From Phoronis australis (lineage: Eukaryota > Animalia > Phoronida): a stretch of DNA of 64,000 nucleotides. Positions 45,033 to 58,400 of the stretch are shown here, piece by piece (position 1 is the stretch's first letter; the number at the start of each line of letters is the position of its first letter). The notes below the pieces were generated by a model. The model saw only the letters and a list, made by a program, of their open reading frames with translations. It did no database searches and was not told where the DNA came from. Both the position numbers and the translations under genes were made by a program. The stretch spans positions 62,001-126,000 of the forward strand of contig NMRA01000629.1 in assembly GCA_002633005.1 (NCBI GenBank), in the 5' to 3' direction.

Positions 45033-48000
45033 ATGGATTCCAAATCTAGCAAAACATTGTTAAGGATGTGTTCCTTCAATGCTTTCCTTGTTTTGATCTT
45101 GTGTGTTGCCCCCTCTCACGGTGAAGCACGTGGCCAGTTCTTTGAGTTAAGGAAAGGGACAGTTCCGGGGTATGCGCAGTTGGTCTCAAGCTCCACCACA
45201 TGGACGCTTTTGGGGTGTGCGTCCATTTGTTTTACTGACAAAATGTGCGATGCTTTTGCCTATTCGCTGCAGACTACGGGTTGTCGCACGTTCTGTATCA
45301 ACGAGAAGGAGACTGGAGAAGACCAAAAAGTAACTGAATGGAGTTATTACGAGAAACGAGGACTCGTTCTAGGAAGCTGCACACCAGGTACGACACCAAC
45401 TGAAGCAAACTCCAATTTTAATTGAATACCGCCAGCATGCGTACTGTACTAAAATGTTTTCAAGTCCAAAGTTATCCAGTTCCATTAATTTCTGTGAATG
45501 AGACTCGTTTTAGAATATCAAACTTAAACTTAATTCCAATGATAACAAGAACCAAATTCCTATTTAGACAGCCATCTATTAAGATACTGATCTCATATTG
45601 TTTTGGTCTAATTGGTGATGCAACAAGTGACATTTTGTTTGTGCGGAAGACCAGGCACACAAGTTGCCTCGTTTCGTATGATTTGATGCACGCAGCATGG
45701 TCTCAAAGAAAAAAAGAACTTCCAGTTCTTTGCAAACCAAGAGATCATGTATCGTTTGAGTATAGACAATGTGGAGACTACTTTCATAGCCGAAAGTAGT
45801 CTAAATCAACGATTTTTATTCTTCGAATGGACGTAGATTGCTTTAAAAATGCGACCAATTCAGTTCATTAATTGTCGCAAAGCATTGTTTTCGCCGTTAT
45901 TTGGGTCAGGCTTGAGTGAAGGTACATTGTACGTTCAATCATGGAACAATACGTTTAGTTTCATGGATAGTTACTGTAAGAGTGTGGGTCGTTCCGGTCA
46001 CCATATTCCTCTGAAGCTGTTGCTGTTTATTGTTTTTTTTTTCGAATTGCAAATCTATACAGTAATGATATCAATGCACACATGTACAAACACAAACACT
46101 TAGCTACGTAATTATAAGCTGTTTCTCGTAAACTTCGTTTCCACACCTGTTAGAGTGGCCTAAACTTGTCCATAATTATTGTAGAATATACACTCAGAAA
46201 CCGAATATCATTTTTCGTAAAGTAATGTAACATGATTTTTACACCCAAAAACGTCTTGTTTATACCTCACAGATGTAGTGTGATAGGCTGTTGAAAGAGG
46301 TGCTAAGACTGGAGCTGAAAATGCATCAGACTATTTCCAGCATCCAGCCAAGGCCATAGGTCGGGGCGTACATTAGAACCTATGTCGGGTTTGTTGACTA
46401 ATTTACCAGTGGTTATCTGGAATCCAATATGGCAGAGCAATTTAATTTTATTATGAAAAAATGACATGAATAAAGAAGAAAACAACTCTATTAGAAAATT
46501 TGAAAATTTTTCATAGTACTGTCGCCGTCAAATTCACGGGCAAATGTTAAATATTTTGGCAAAACATTGACTGTGAAAAGGAAAAATGACAATAGTAGCC
46601 ATATTACTGTTCGAATTTGAGGAAATTTTACCGTAGACACTATTTTAAGGAGTCGTCACATTGAAAACCTAGCATTTGACAAAGGTTAATTACTTTGTGA
46701 GAGGTTTTGTGACCCCTCAGTCATGCTTAATTTTTAATTGAAATTGAAAAACGCGCCTTTGAACGCCCTGAAACATTAACTGGTATAAAATACACAAAAA
46801 ATGTCCATTTGCAGGACACTTTATGACAGCACCCTTTCGCAAAAAAAATTTGGCGGTCAATCTGAGTCGTACGTCCTATATCCACTCATGTTAGATCAGA
46901 AAAGTTCCTGCATTTCTTTTTGTTCAGTTAATGTTGACAGTTTTTTACCCATCCGCTTGCATGAGATAGACGTGCAGCCGGTCGGGTAGGTCTTCGTCCC
47001 GCGTCAATGAAAGCACATCCAGTGATGCAGGAACGACAGAGTTTCTGAAGTGCACTCATTAACTCATTAATTTGACACTTAAAAAGACCTCGGTAACTGA
47101 CGACATACCGTTGAACAATGACAATCCCGACGGAGTGCATGTAACTCTTTGTACAAGATTGTCGAAAATTCTTCAAAAAATGCAACGATGTACCGGTATG
47201 TCTTAATTTGCTTCGAAAACGGGCAAACGGAAGTAAGCCACTTCCTTTCAACATACATGTATAGCCCTTTGTCCTTAGCCCCGTTTCATGAATTCTCTTA
47301 AGGCCACTTTAAGACTGGACACGCTCTAAGCCCAGACCCAATGTCTGCCTGCAACGGACTAAGCTCAAATTTCTCTTTTGGTCTAAATCCACCAAAATTC
47401 AAGAGTAGATCAAAAGTGACAACTGCTGAGGAACAAATCTCTTTAATATTTTTTCACAATCTAAATGTCCCTGAAATCAAAGATTTTCAGTTTGAGAACT
47501 GGCAAAGCGGCAGAGACTCGTGGACTCAATGCATTGCGACTTATTCAAGCATGTAAAATGATATAATTTTCCAGTCATAATCATGGGTTCACCCAGCATA
47601 AAATATTGGGGGGGGGGCTCGAATTGTTCACTATGCAGACCTTTTACTGAACGAGATCAAAGAGGACTAAGTAAAAAACGAGGCTACTAGGTTCAGACCC
47701 ACGAATTGTGCATCCGCGTTGACTTACCGTCGATTTTGTGTACTTTTATCTCTTTTAATCGGACTTTTTGTTATACCGAGGTGGACCTTTTTGCCCANCG
47801 ATTTTGTGTACTTTTATCTCTTTTAATCGGACTTTTTGTTATACCGAGGTGGACCTTTTTGCCCAATTCGCCAAATTGGGGGCTCTTTCGAGGTTTTTGC
47901 ACATCCAAATTGTTGTAAATAAATCCCACTCAGCGTTTCAAGGTCAAGATTATTCGTGAAACAGTATTTCAAACACACTGTCGCTCACTGTTTTGAATGT

Positions 48001-48739
48001 GCAGCAGGTGGCGAAAGAGTAGGTTGTATGATCACTTATGCCAAAACTTAACTTATTATCTGTCTAACTTACGATCAAAAACCGATAACGTACTTCGTAT
48101 TCATGAGAGGGGGTCATGAAGGAATGGAATGCAAAATTGTGCGCCAGTCTCCTTGGTGAGGAGTTATCCCTTCTGCATCGGTTACGGCCAAACAGAAAGA
48201 CACAAGAAACCTTCAAAAACGTAAATCTCTGAATACTTACAGATTTCTTGAAGATTCTTCTTCTTACGTCTTTGATGTGACTGGTAAATTTGGGTATTTT
48301 TTCTAAAAACTAAACAAGATCCAAACACATATTTTAATTATTTTCACAGGCGTTGATGCTACCATCCATGATTCGAAAGATGGAGATATTGTTTTGGTTA
48401 TTGTTTAAGTTATTCGTCCACTTACTTTTAATGATGTGTTATTGATGACACACTAATATGTTTTGCTACTTTTCAGTTTGCATTACAACCAAGGTGTCTG
48501 GTTATAGCGCCACGTGCGGGTATTGTGACGGAAACGATGTTAGAGATTTAACCAATGCCAGTCCAGATGACTGTGCGAGCAGTTGTGACTGGCTCCTTTT
48601 CACATGTGTGGAATTTCTGTACAACAAAGAAACGCGTGTGTGCTACTTAAGGAACAAGTCTTGTGAAAACCCTTCCACTGGAGGTCCAGACTACTCGTTA
48701 TACGTTGTGTACACTAAGAAATATATGTTTAGCATTTAA
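45033..48739 (+). CDS. Secreted protein with two PAN/Apple-like domains, copy 1 (exons 45033-45387 and 48477-48739, ~205 aa)
   Basis: Signal peptide FNAFLVLILCVAPSHG. Domain 1: CASIC...CDAFAY...C. CAG|GTACGA donor (phase 1) joins TTTCAG|TT (phase 1). Domain 2: GNDV...SPDDCASSC...CVEFLYNKETRVCYLRN, a typical PAN/Apple pattern. Confidence 0.78.
47582..47900. mobile_element. MITE family 1-like insertion in the PAN copy 1 intron
   Basis: Begins CATGGGTTCACCCAGCATAAAATATTGGGG and contains TGGACCTTTT; absent from the paralogous intron (~59455-59475). Confidence 0.5.
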
Positions 48740-48917
48740 TTTGCAAGAAAATGTAGTTATTAAAAACATATCGTAATATTTTTCAATTAAAGTCCAAATG
48801 TCGCCTAATTTTACTAACTTTAAGTTGAGGTTTTACTTTATTCAAAACTAAGATGACCATGCTGCATGTTATTTAGTGAACACATGATGTAATTCCTACA
48901 ACATCCAAAAGAAATAT

Positions 48918-49016
48918 ATTATTATTTATATTGTAATTATTATTATTGTTGTTATTATTATTATTATTAGAATTAGTACTACTAGTAGTATCAGTACTAT
49001 TGCTATTATTATTATT
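48918..49016. repeat. Degenerate (TAT)n microsatellite
   Basis: TATTATTAT/TAGTACTAC runs; source of the spurious poly-Leu ORF. Confidence 0.8.
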
Positions 49017-49111
49017 ACTCTGCGTGTACCAGCGCAGAGTCTTGTTATTCTTAGATTTTAATTATTTTCTTCTTCGAATTATTATTTTACTTTTCATTTT
49101 AAAGACCTTAA

Positions 49112-51702
49112 AGTCCTTCTCTCACGCGTTTTTAACCCTTATTACATGGTTAGAGGATGTTATAAGGATCCAAGAAGTACCTACCCCATAACTAATACAC
49201 GATCCGTACTCGAAAAAAGTTTAAATGAACGCGCCACTCACGATTCGCATCCGAAGAACCACCGCCATTTTGAACTTGCCGCGAACCCGGAAGTACAATT
49301 CATTCAGGAACCCAGGCCGAGAAAACGCCGTCAGTGCGACTGGAGCAGTGCTTGTACTGTCACCAGCCAGCAAACGGGGATAAAATAATCGACAGCGCGC
49401 CTTAATTTTAATAAAATCAAACTACGGACAATTTTATCGAATTTGCTGAAGAAATGTGGCGAATAAATTTTGACAGAAATTATTTTGCCAGACTCGGGAC
49501 CGCAGCCTATCGGACCCGGTGCGGATCGAGATCAGACACTGGCGAACGGTAAATGCATGCGGATGCAAGCTGTTTGTCGAAGTAAAATGGTCAAATCATA
49601 AATGCTACATATATTCAAGGGTAGTTTCAGACACTTGCATGAAATTACGGGCTGGATAGTCCTGTGTCACACTGCCGCGGCAGACCTTAGTTAGCCTCAG
49701 TCACCAGCTACCAGTGAAGACTATCGTCAACATACAGCTTGTTAATAGGCCTATACAGCTTTGCGCCAAGGCTACCCTTAGGCCTAACTGGTCGCTGGCC
49801 ACAGCGCTTGCTCAAACGAGGTTTATTTAGAACTTGGGTACTTATGGCCAACTGTACAAAGTTGTTGGCTTTCAATAGAAAATTTCCCAGACTTTGTTTT
49901 AGCGCACCATGCCTAAAAGAATGGGGGGGCTGGAATTTTTGGGAATGTCCATCTTTTACTACAAGATTCAGTGGGTATGTTCAGAGCTATGAATTGCAGA
50001 CTCTAAATTTTAGTACTTCCTGTCTTCTAGTGGAATATTGTCTCATTTTCTACTTTTTTCGGAATTCGTGCTTCTGAAACTGAGGCAGACCTTTTTCAAC
50101 TTCTCCAAAAAGGGGGCTCGTTCGAGCACATAAGTATGACAAGTCCAATACAACATGTTATCATTTTTTATTCATTACCCAAAATGATTCAAACTTTTAA
50201 CATAATAAGTAACTTAAAATGCACAATACTTTACAACATTTAGCATTACAAACACTATTCAACAGCAACAGTTTCCATGATATGAAAGTGGAAATACATG
50301 TAACTATTACCATGGTGACGGAATAGTGTTTCCTTACACCAGAAATTGACAAGCATCATTTAAAAAAAATATGAAGTTGCGAGGAACAAAAATTAGAGGC
50401 TTGAAGCTTCACAATCCAACATAGCTTATTTCTCAAATTAAGATTATTCATATTGTTGACTAGATAACCTGAATTAAGAAGCAATAAATTACAAAACATC
50501 ACTTGAAAGCAATTGAGACTCAAACTTTAGAAAAATATGAATCATTTTGTGACACCGAATCAAGTCTTGAACAGCAGTTGACAGTCAAACAAAAAACCAT
50601 TTCAAAATTATTTAACTATTTTTTTAGCTTAGTGTAAGATCACCCGAATGGGAAATTTACAGTAAAATAATTCGAATACATCTTATATCTTTGCACAAAA
50701 AACACGAAAATTGAACAAAGTTTCTTTTTTGTAGCAACGTTTGTCAAAATGTATCAACGTTAAATCTTCACAAATTACAAAGTAGCCGATTGAACTTGCC
50801 TTTGAGTTCAGCAAAAGTCGCCATGTTGTCGGTGCTGCCAGAAATGAGACGAAGTCCAACGGGAATTGTGAGCAAATTTATCACTTAATGAGTAACAACT
50901 GCTAAGCTGAAATTTGGTGAACACTGTTAAATCGTGCAGAATAGTAAGTAAAGATACATGTATGTCTAACTAAATTTCACCGTAATTTGTTGGCTGGCAA
51001 AAACAATTTACACAAAGTTTTAAACTCGTAACTTATCCTGCTGTCTTCCAATGTGTCCGACGCGATCCAAACAAAGTGACCCAAATTTCGCCAAAAAACT
51101 TGCAATAACTTTACGCTGCTTGTCCCGATTTTTGATACTTAATAGATTTTTACTGAGTAGAATGCACTACCTTTCCGATGATAGCAAAGTACTTTTTCAA
51201 AACGAGAAAAAAAATAAAACCGAAAAAAATAAAACCGAAAAAATAGGTTTGACCCATATTGGTTCCTAGGCTCGACCGGCCTACGTAAGGAACTAAACAC
51301 CAATGCTATTTTAACATACAAAGTACGCGTAACATTCCAAAAAACATCAACGACCACTAACTACAAACTATCAATACAGTACATATGCAAACGAATCACG
51401 AGATATTACTAACAAAACAAAATAATAAAGACTTTTCGAGCAAGCGATAGCACATTCAGTTACCAGGAAAAAATGGCGGCTTTCAGGACAAGTTCCTGAA
51501 CTGATGAGCCGGAAATGTGGGTACGGAAATAACCGATGACAACCGGTAATCATACGCTCAGAGAAAAGGGTCTAATACTGTTCAAAAATTGCTTTTAGCA
51601 AGAAAGGCGAAAAGAATATAAAGAAAGGGTGTCGAAAATAAGATTTTATGTAGTAAGTATTTTCGGATACTGGAACCACATGGGCAGTTTGAGAGAAGGA
51701 CT
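49112..51702. mobile_element. Non-autonomous Kolobok-type DNA transposon (2.6 kb)
   Basis: Perfect 13-bp TIR AGTCCTTCTCTCA...TGAGAGAAGGACT flanked by TTAA on both sides (49108-49111 and 51703-51706); RR terminus; no recognisable ORF. Confidence 0.75.
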
Positions 51703-51859
51703 TTAATAAATCTCAAGCTACACAACTCTCAAATTCAAAACTTTTCAAGTACTTTTGAGCCACACAAAATCTTTACAAAATGGCATATTTTGACTAATAA
51801 TGCACCGTAACAGTCTAATTTTCAAAATCCTATTTCTCATATAATTTCCAAGTACTTCT

Positions 51860-53050
51860 ACTCAATTACAGTGTGAAGGTGTAAGTCTGGATGCATTCCA
51901 ATCAGATGAATTACCTGTCTAAGTAATCCGGTCATCCAATCAGATTAAATAGTTCCAAAGTCATTGAGTGCCAACTCACATCCTAAGCTAGACACTTCAA
52001 ATTCACAAATCTGATTTTATAAAGTTTCATGTCATCTGGTGCAACTGAAGGTCATTAAGAGCATTTTTTTCTTAAATTTTGGCCTAATCATTCAACACTT
52101 ATTCTGATGTGTCAAAGGTTAGACAGCCGTGATTCTCGGCATTAAACACACTTTTCACGAATTCTACTAAAATGACTTACATGTATAATGCACTGGGAAG
52201 CGTCAATTAGTGCAAAGGTAATGAAATTTTAAAATGCTTCTTAGGCACATTTTACATGGATTTTTTTTCTGTTTCAGTGTACTGCTAATCGCATTGTTTT
52301 TGAAGTAATCGGTTCATCCATCCAATCAGATGAAACAGGACTAATGTCATTAAGGGGAAACTAAGGTTTCAAATTTAGATACACGTACCTGGTTGGTACA
52401 TGGAATTAAGTTTCATGTCTCACGTGTCAGGACATTTGGTGCATCATGGCATAATTAGGTGCATTCATTTTTCTTCTGGAGCTGACCTTTTGATTCAGCG
52501 TATATTCTGATGCCCCAGCAGTTACACAACTATTATTCCTTGCTTACACACACTTTTCAAGGTATTTCTAACAATTCTACCAAAAGGCCACATAATGCAG
52601 AGGAAAGAGTCAATCAGTGCAAAGGCCACTTAATTTTCAAAATGCAATTTTCCTACATTTTTCAACTAATTCGCTTCAATTTCAGCACTCAGGTGTACGC
52701 ATACACGTCAATCAAATGCACTTCTTTATTTAGCAACTGGAGCATCCATTCAGATAAAATAGGTCTCAGAGGTCTTTGAGTGCAAACTTAAATTTGAAGT
52801 AGTCACTTTGTACTTACATGTGGGATTTATACATTGACCTGAGTTCAAATTCCAAAGCTTCAGGTCATTTGGGGCAACCATGGAGTAATTAAAGGAATTT
52901 TTCTTCTGAAATGTTGACCTTCTCATTCTACTGTGCCAGCAGTTTATTATCTGTGATTCAGCATTATCCATATTTTTATTTTCTATTACAGTTCAATATA
53001 ATTCTACTATGGTGCACAAGCCAGTCGATAAAATGTACAATTTTCCAAAA
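51860..53050 (+). repeat. Degenerate tandem repeat, ~3 units of ~400 bp
   Basis: Recurring motifs CATCCA(A/T)TCAGAT at ~51931/52318/52743, AAG(T/C)TTCA at ~52022/52408/52855 and ACACACTTTTCA at ~52146/52548. Confidence 0.65.
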
Positions 53051-55424
53051 AGTCTCACTAACGCAGAGTAATTATTCTCATTTTCATACAGTGTTTCTAT
53101 CATTAATACTATTATTCTTATATTTTGATGTGTATTATTATTATTATTATTATATTAATCACCATTGCCATTATTATAGTGCTATTACTGGAAATCATAT
53201 ATGATGCTTTTAATATAAATAATGGATTCAGTAATATTTAAACTACATGTACAGTACACCCACGAATGTAACTCTTTCAAAATTTATTGGTTATTTTTCT
53301 TTCTCTTATTCTCGGTGTCACTTTAATTGTATGGGATATTGTAACCATTAATTTAAATATACAGTGTCTGATATCTGCGGACTGATTGTTAAAGTTTCGC
53401 CTGTGTCTCATCCGTGGGGACGGTCGTTTTAATAAGGACGAGTACTATTTCGTCTCCGTCTATAACACTTTTAATATTTTGTGACCCATCATTGTTAAAA
53501 ATGTAGTTGAAATACAGTATGTTGATTGTGATACAGCTACAAATTAAAGACTGGTGAAATCTGATCCCCATCATTGACTATTATGTTGTTCACTGATCTT
53601 GTCTCGTGTATTCTCTCTCATCAAAGTTGTTGTGGTTTGTACTACAAGGTATGATAATAAAGTATAAAAAAGATGTGCATGTGACTCATAAAAAGCTAAT
53701 TTTGTGGTTATTTGTTGGATGGAACAGGCTTCTTGAAGTTCAAATACTCAGAGATGCATCACAATGCAACCCTTTCATCAAAACAATTGCAATGAACAAC
53801 TTCGCATAAAACGTCATTCTCCATAAGTCGCTTTTCACTTGGTCCTGAATACTTGCTCATTTTTTAAAATGTTTTCGGTTAAGTCGTCGTTCCTGAGAAG
53901 AAGCTTTCTTTAATTTATCGCTGAATTTTATCCCGCATGCAGGTGTTTCCACACACCTACACGGAATACAATTCCACTGAGTTGAAGCAATTCCACGGAG
54001 ACGAGGTTCTCCCAAGTTGGAAGTCATTAGCCTCGCAGATTCTTGTACAAATGTAAATAATCTCAACTTCTGTTGAAACTTGGATTAGAAAACCATCAAG
54101 CATACTGATTTAGAAAGCGGCCGCAACTACACGTAAGTGTACCTGTGTAATTTGAAGTATTTTCGTTGGGGGCTACTTGCACTTGCTTTCTGTCAAAAAT
54201 CAGAAATTCACGAAACTGCACTTATTTTTCCATGTAGTGGATGTATGAACTTTTATGTGGGTTTGTTTAAAAGATAGCTATGATTTGAGGTTGTGCGTAG
54301 ATAGGGAGAGAACGAATACATTAAGTAATTAATATATTATATGGTAAAAACATCATCTAAAAATACATGTAGATATTGTCGTCAAAAATACGTGTAAACA
54401 AGTTTAACCCCACGCTTTAAACGTATATATACATATATTTTGAGCAACTTAAATGGAACTATATGTACTAATTACTTTATTAACCTTTATTTTGACAGTA
54501 TAAAAGTCACATGATAAATGGACTGTCCACTGAGAAATCAGGTGGAAGTTTATGAAATCTTAAGTTAATATTTGTAAAGAAACACCTTGCTGAAATAGGT
54601 ATATTAATCAAACTCAAGCTGCAAATGTCTGTAGAAAGCGTGGCTCAAACTCGTCATCTTGGTTATTTGTGCTGAATTTGTTTGCGCGATCTGAGCTCTG
54701 AAGCCAGGTGACATGCAGTAATCTGTGGAACACCGAAAAACCGATCTCAGCACAATTTTGATGGAAGCTTTCAACTTCACCCATGGCTCATTTTGTGGCG
54801 GTTTTCTGGGTATTGTTTGCGTGTGAGATTAAACTGGAAATGTCATGGTTGACGCCGTTTATCAAATATGCGTATCTTTCGTGTATCCCGGATGTTGACA
54901 GTACTAAGACATGTGACGGGACCAAGGAAACTAGCATTGTAACGCTAGTGTTACTAATCACATTACATGAACATGTTTATTTATTTTATCATACATGTAC
55001 ATAGAATACAGCACCAGTTGACATGAGCCAACAACTTCCCCATCATCTTAGGTTTACATGTACATTGGCCAAATCTTGCGCTAACAGGATTTACACACAA
55101 GTTGACGAGAAAGCGTGCATCGTTTTACCCCAGAGTATCCAGCAAAACCCTTGGCACATCAAAAGATGATGATGCCGATAAAGACTGAAGTGTGCTGGAT
55201 GAGATAATTGCTGTCGTAAACCAAGTTCTGCCGTCAACGTGACAGTAAACAGTTTGTCAAATTTTATGAATATCCTCCAAGAAACTTGGAAGAAATTAAG
55301 AAAGCGCAAAGAAATCCATAATTATCAGTAGTGAACTCCAACGCAGTTGAATTTGTGTGACTTAAAATCAACGAACATTCCGAAATGATAACACAACAGT
55401 TTGATGTTCTTGTTGTATGACATA

Positions 55425-58400
55425 TTGACTTTCCGAAGTTCATGTAATTAGCTTTGACAAGAGGTATCAAACAACAATTTACGTTTTGTGTTTTTGCGAT
55501 TTTGTTACAAATCGTCTATTCTCGCCGCTGTCTGTCAACCATTCGCTGGGAGTCTTAGTTAGTTAAATTTTGTAAATTGTCCACCAGGATGTGTGACATG
55601 TGTGTTCCAATTGTGACGTATTAAGCGAATGTGGCTAGTATCCATTGGTTGTCAAATGTCATGTTATTCAGACATTGGTTCAAAATCATGAAGATGCATT
55701 CTAGAAAATATGCATGCACAGATGCCGATATAAATGAGCGTCTTTTGGTAAATCGTTAAAAACATATGGAAATATTTCCATGAGGTTAGACTAAGAGTAG
55801 CTGTGACGCAACCTACATGTACATGTGCATGTATACAATGTATGAAAACTAACTGTTGATAGCAGGGTTGGTGCAGCGACGTTGCCAATAACTTCTGGTG
55901 AAGATATTTATTTTAATTTGAAATAGTGACGATATATTCTGTGGCTTTCTATTAGGAATGTCCCAAAAAAACATAAAAACGTTGTTACAACTTCGCCATT
56001 AGAATCAGGACTCTTTTACATATTCTGACTGTCTGTGCTTTTTTACACAAGTAACAGTGTGCTCCACCTAGTTTCATTTTAAGAGTCAACATCAGTCTCA
56101 CGGAGGAACTGGAAGGCGTTTTCGGAAACTGTTGTTAGCTTCAACAAGAATTATGAAACAAAAAGACCTCTAGTTTCTGTGACAAAACGACAATTCTCGT
56201 TGAAATCTGTCAGACTTTCGCAGAGATCACGACAGCTCACTGCACTAGTTTGATACGCGTTTAATACTCAGCCACTTACAGTACGGAGTGAGACATGAAA
56301 TGAAGTGCAGCCGTTGTCATAGATATCTATACCTGAAATCTTCAAAGATAAAAGCCCCCTCACAGGAGACCACCTTGCTTAATACATATAGGCCTTCATG
56401 TAGTCAGTAATTCAAAGAGCTGTTAAGTTGTCGCTAGTGACATTTCTATAAATTGATCAAACTGTTGGTCTGCATAGAAAAAACATTTCCGCAAAAATGT
56501 CAAGCGAAAAGTTAACAAGGAATCACGTGCTACTTCAGGCCACGTACCAGAAAGTTGTATTAATTTCGTCTCAAATTTCCAAACAATGTTAAATGCAGTC
56601 ATTTGTTTCCTCATCAGGGTTTTGCGAGGGCTATTGTTTTAAAAGGCTTGCTTAATGTTTGAAATAGCTTTGTCACAATCAATCAAATACTGTTTGAATA
56701 CTAATCGTCAAAATCGCGTACACATCGGTCACTTTTAATCATGTGACAGATTTAGAAAATTCTTGAAAAACAGTATTTGGAAGATTGGGTTTGCTCATTG
56801 GACGTAAATTTCCCACGAGGACTATATATTTTGCTACAATTGTCTTAATATAGCTAATCGAGAAGGCGTATTTTCACCCGTACACTGACAGAACTTCAGC
56901 ATGGATTCCAAACCTAGCAAAACATCGTTAAGGATGTGTTCCTTCAACGCTTTCCTTGTTTTGATCTTGTGTGTTGCCCCCTCGCACGGTGAAGCACGTG
57001 GCCAGTTCTTTGAGTTAAGGAAAGGGACAGTTCCGGGGTATGCGCAGTTAGTCTCAAGCTCCACCACATGGACGCTTTTGGGCTGTGCGTCCATTTGTTT
57101 TAAAGACAAGATGTGCGATGCTTTTGCCTATTCGCAGCAGAGTACGGGTTGTCGCACGTTCTGTGTCAACGATCAGATGGCCGAAGAAGACAAAAATGTA
57201 ACTGAATGGAGTCATTACGAGAAACGGGGACTCGTTCAAGGAAGTTGCACACCAGGTATGATACCAACTGGAGCAAACTCCAATTTTATTTGAATACCGC
57301 TAGCAAACATATTGTACTAAAATGTTTTCAAGTCCAGGTTATCCAGCTCCATTAATTTCTGTGAATGAGACTCGTTTTACAAAATCGAGCTAAAACTTAA
57401 TTCCAATGATAATAAGAACCAAATTCCTACTGAGACAGCATGCTATTAAGATACTGATCTCAAACTGCTGTGGTCTAATTGGTGATGCAACAACTGACAT
57501 TTTGTTGGTGCGGAGACCAGGCACACAAGTTGTCTTGTCACGTATCATTTGATGCACACAACATGGTCTCAAAGAAAAAAGAACTTCCAGTTCTTAGCAA
57601 ACCAAGAACTCACTTATCGTCTGAGTACAGAACAAGTGGAGACCACTCACATAGCCGCAAATAGTCTGAATCAACGATCTTTCTTTTTGGAATGGACGTA
57701 GATTGATATCTGCTTTAAAAATGCAACTAACTTAGTTCTTCAATTATCACAAAGCATTGTTTTCGACGTTTTTTGGTTCAGGTCTCAGTGAAGGTACATT
57801 GTACGTTCAATCGTAGACTAACACGTTTACTTTAATGGATCGCTACTGTACGAGTGTGGGTCGTTCCGGTCACCATCTTAATCTGAAGCTGTTGTTGTTT
57901 ATTGTTTTTTTTCGAATTGGATATTTATAAAATAGTGATATTCATGCATACACGTATATATGTTCTCACACAAATACTTAGCTACGTAATTATGAGTTGT
58001 TTCTCGTAAACTACGTTACCACACCTTTTGGAAGAGCCTGAACTTGCCATTAATCAGTGTAGATTATACACTCACTAAAATCAAATATCATTTTTTCCGT
58101 AAACTAATTTAACATGATTTTTACATTCAGAAGATAACTTGTTAAAATCTCCCGTATATAGTGTGATAGGCTGTTGAAAGAGGTGCTAAGACTGAAGCTG
58201 AAAATGGACTATTCCCAACATTCAGCCAAGGCCATAGGTCGGGGAGTACATTGGAACCTTTGTCGCGTTTGTTGACTAATTTACCGGTGATTATTTGGAA
58301 TCCAATATGGCAGAGCAACTTTAATCTTGTATGAAAAATTTAACAAGTTTCAAGAAAAAGCAATTTCATTCGAATATTTTAAAACTTTAGAAAGTAGGAC

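Larger units (their letters stand above)
38495..48450 (+). repeat. Segmental duplication unit A, containing PAN copy 1
   Basis: Collinear shared blocks with ~55425-60050, e.g. GACTTTCCGAAGTT, TATCCATTGGTTGTCAA, AAAAGCCCC..AGGAGACCAC, exon 1 and most of the intron; interrupted by unit-specific insertions. Confidence 0.88.
49014..53072 (+). mobile_element. HINE/Helentron-like non-autonomous element with internal tandem array
   Basis: 5' sub-TIR ATTACTCTGCGT with adjacent inverted copy CGCAGAGT (hairpin 49017-49040); perfect 3' complement ACGCAGAGTAAT at 53061-53072; internal ~400-bp repeats; TAT microsatellite flanks. Confidence 0.55.

Noticed and set aside
47731-47865. 67-bp perfect tandem duplication
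   Set aside because: Separated by a single N (47798); assembly overlap artefact.
48946-49191. Poly-Leu signal- or TM-like ORF
   Set aside because: Translation of a (TAT)n microsatellite running into transposon ends.
54783-55004. 73-aa ORF with a hydrophobic N-terminus
   Set aside because: No recognisable domain, no supporting exon structure and no paralogous counterpart.
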